DNA from: a virus
Length of the DNA: 31,767 bases
Reading direction: 5' to 3' (one strand)
IMG/VR virus record: IMGVR_UViG_3300020473_000086
This document shows, piece after piece, positions 31,745 to 31,767 of this stretch (the stretch's first letter is position 1; every line of letters begins with the position of its first letter). A program made the translations under genes and the position numbers. Below the pieces are notes generated by a model that ran no database searches, was not told the origin of the DNA, and saw only the letters and a program-made list of their open reading frames with translations.

Positions 31745-31767
31745 ATGAAAATTACAAAAAGACAACT
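31745..31767 (+). CDS. Leader protein 10 (partial, runs off window)
   Basis: ATG AAA ATT ACA AAA AGA CAA = MKITKRQ. Confidence 0.75.

Noticed and set aside
1-31767. CRISPR array, tRNA, rRNA or tmRNA genes
   Set aside because: No regularly spaced repeat-spacer units and no cloverleaf or T-loop signature found by eye; the recurring motifs are coding.
1-31767. Stop-codon reassignment as seen in some large phages
   Set aside because: TAA, TAG and TGA all terminate well-recognised or tightly coupled genes; coding density is high under the standard code.

Overview
This window looks like part of a large dsDNA bacteriophage genome. That is an inference from dense, mostly plus-strand small ORFs, phage-type auxiliary genes and many strong sigma70-like promoters; no capsid, terminase or polymerase gene is present to confirm it. 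The standard genetic code fits. 1-7.5 kb: auxiliary genes (PurA, a TagD-like cytidylyltransferase, a permuted papain-like amidase, UvsE) and a two-gene minus-strand module (PiT-like permease plus a short secreted beta-strand protein). 7.6-27.6 kb: a promoter-rich, probably early region with about 29 paralogous SH3/KOW-like microproteins starting MKxGDxV, many chained by a 14-nt overlapping junction. It also holds a SET-domain protein, a GIY-YIG nuclease, a DUF2201-type metallopeptidase/VWA protein and, 7.5 kb away, a MoxR-like AAA+ ATPase. Non-coding features here are two candidate structured RNAs and three unusual tracts (origin/terminus candidates). 28.0-31.8 kb: ten genes share the leader MKITKRQLRRIIRE(E) fused to unrelated acidic cargo, with an unannotated 31-aa, 10-Cys peptide among them. 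The best novel-system candidates are this leader-cargo array (possible capsid-targeted, injected proteins), the MKVGD cassette array and the roughly 265-nt structured RNA at 25.2-25.4 kb.
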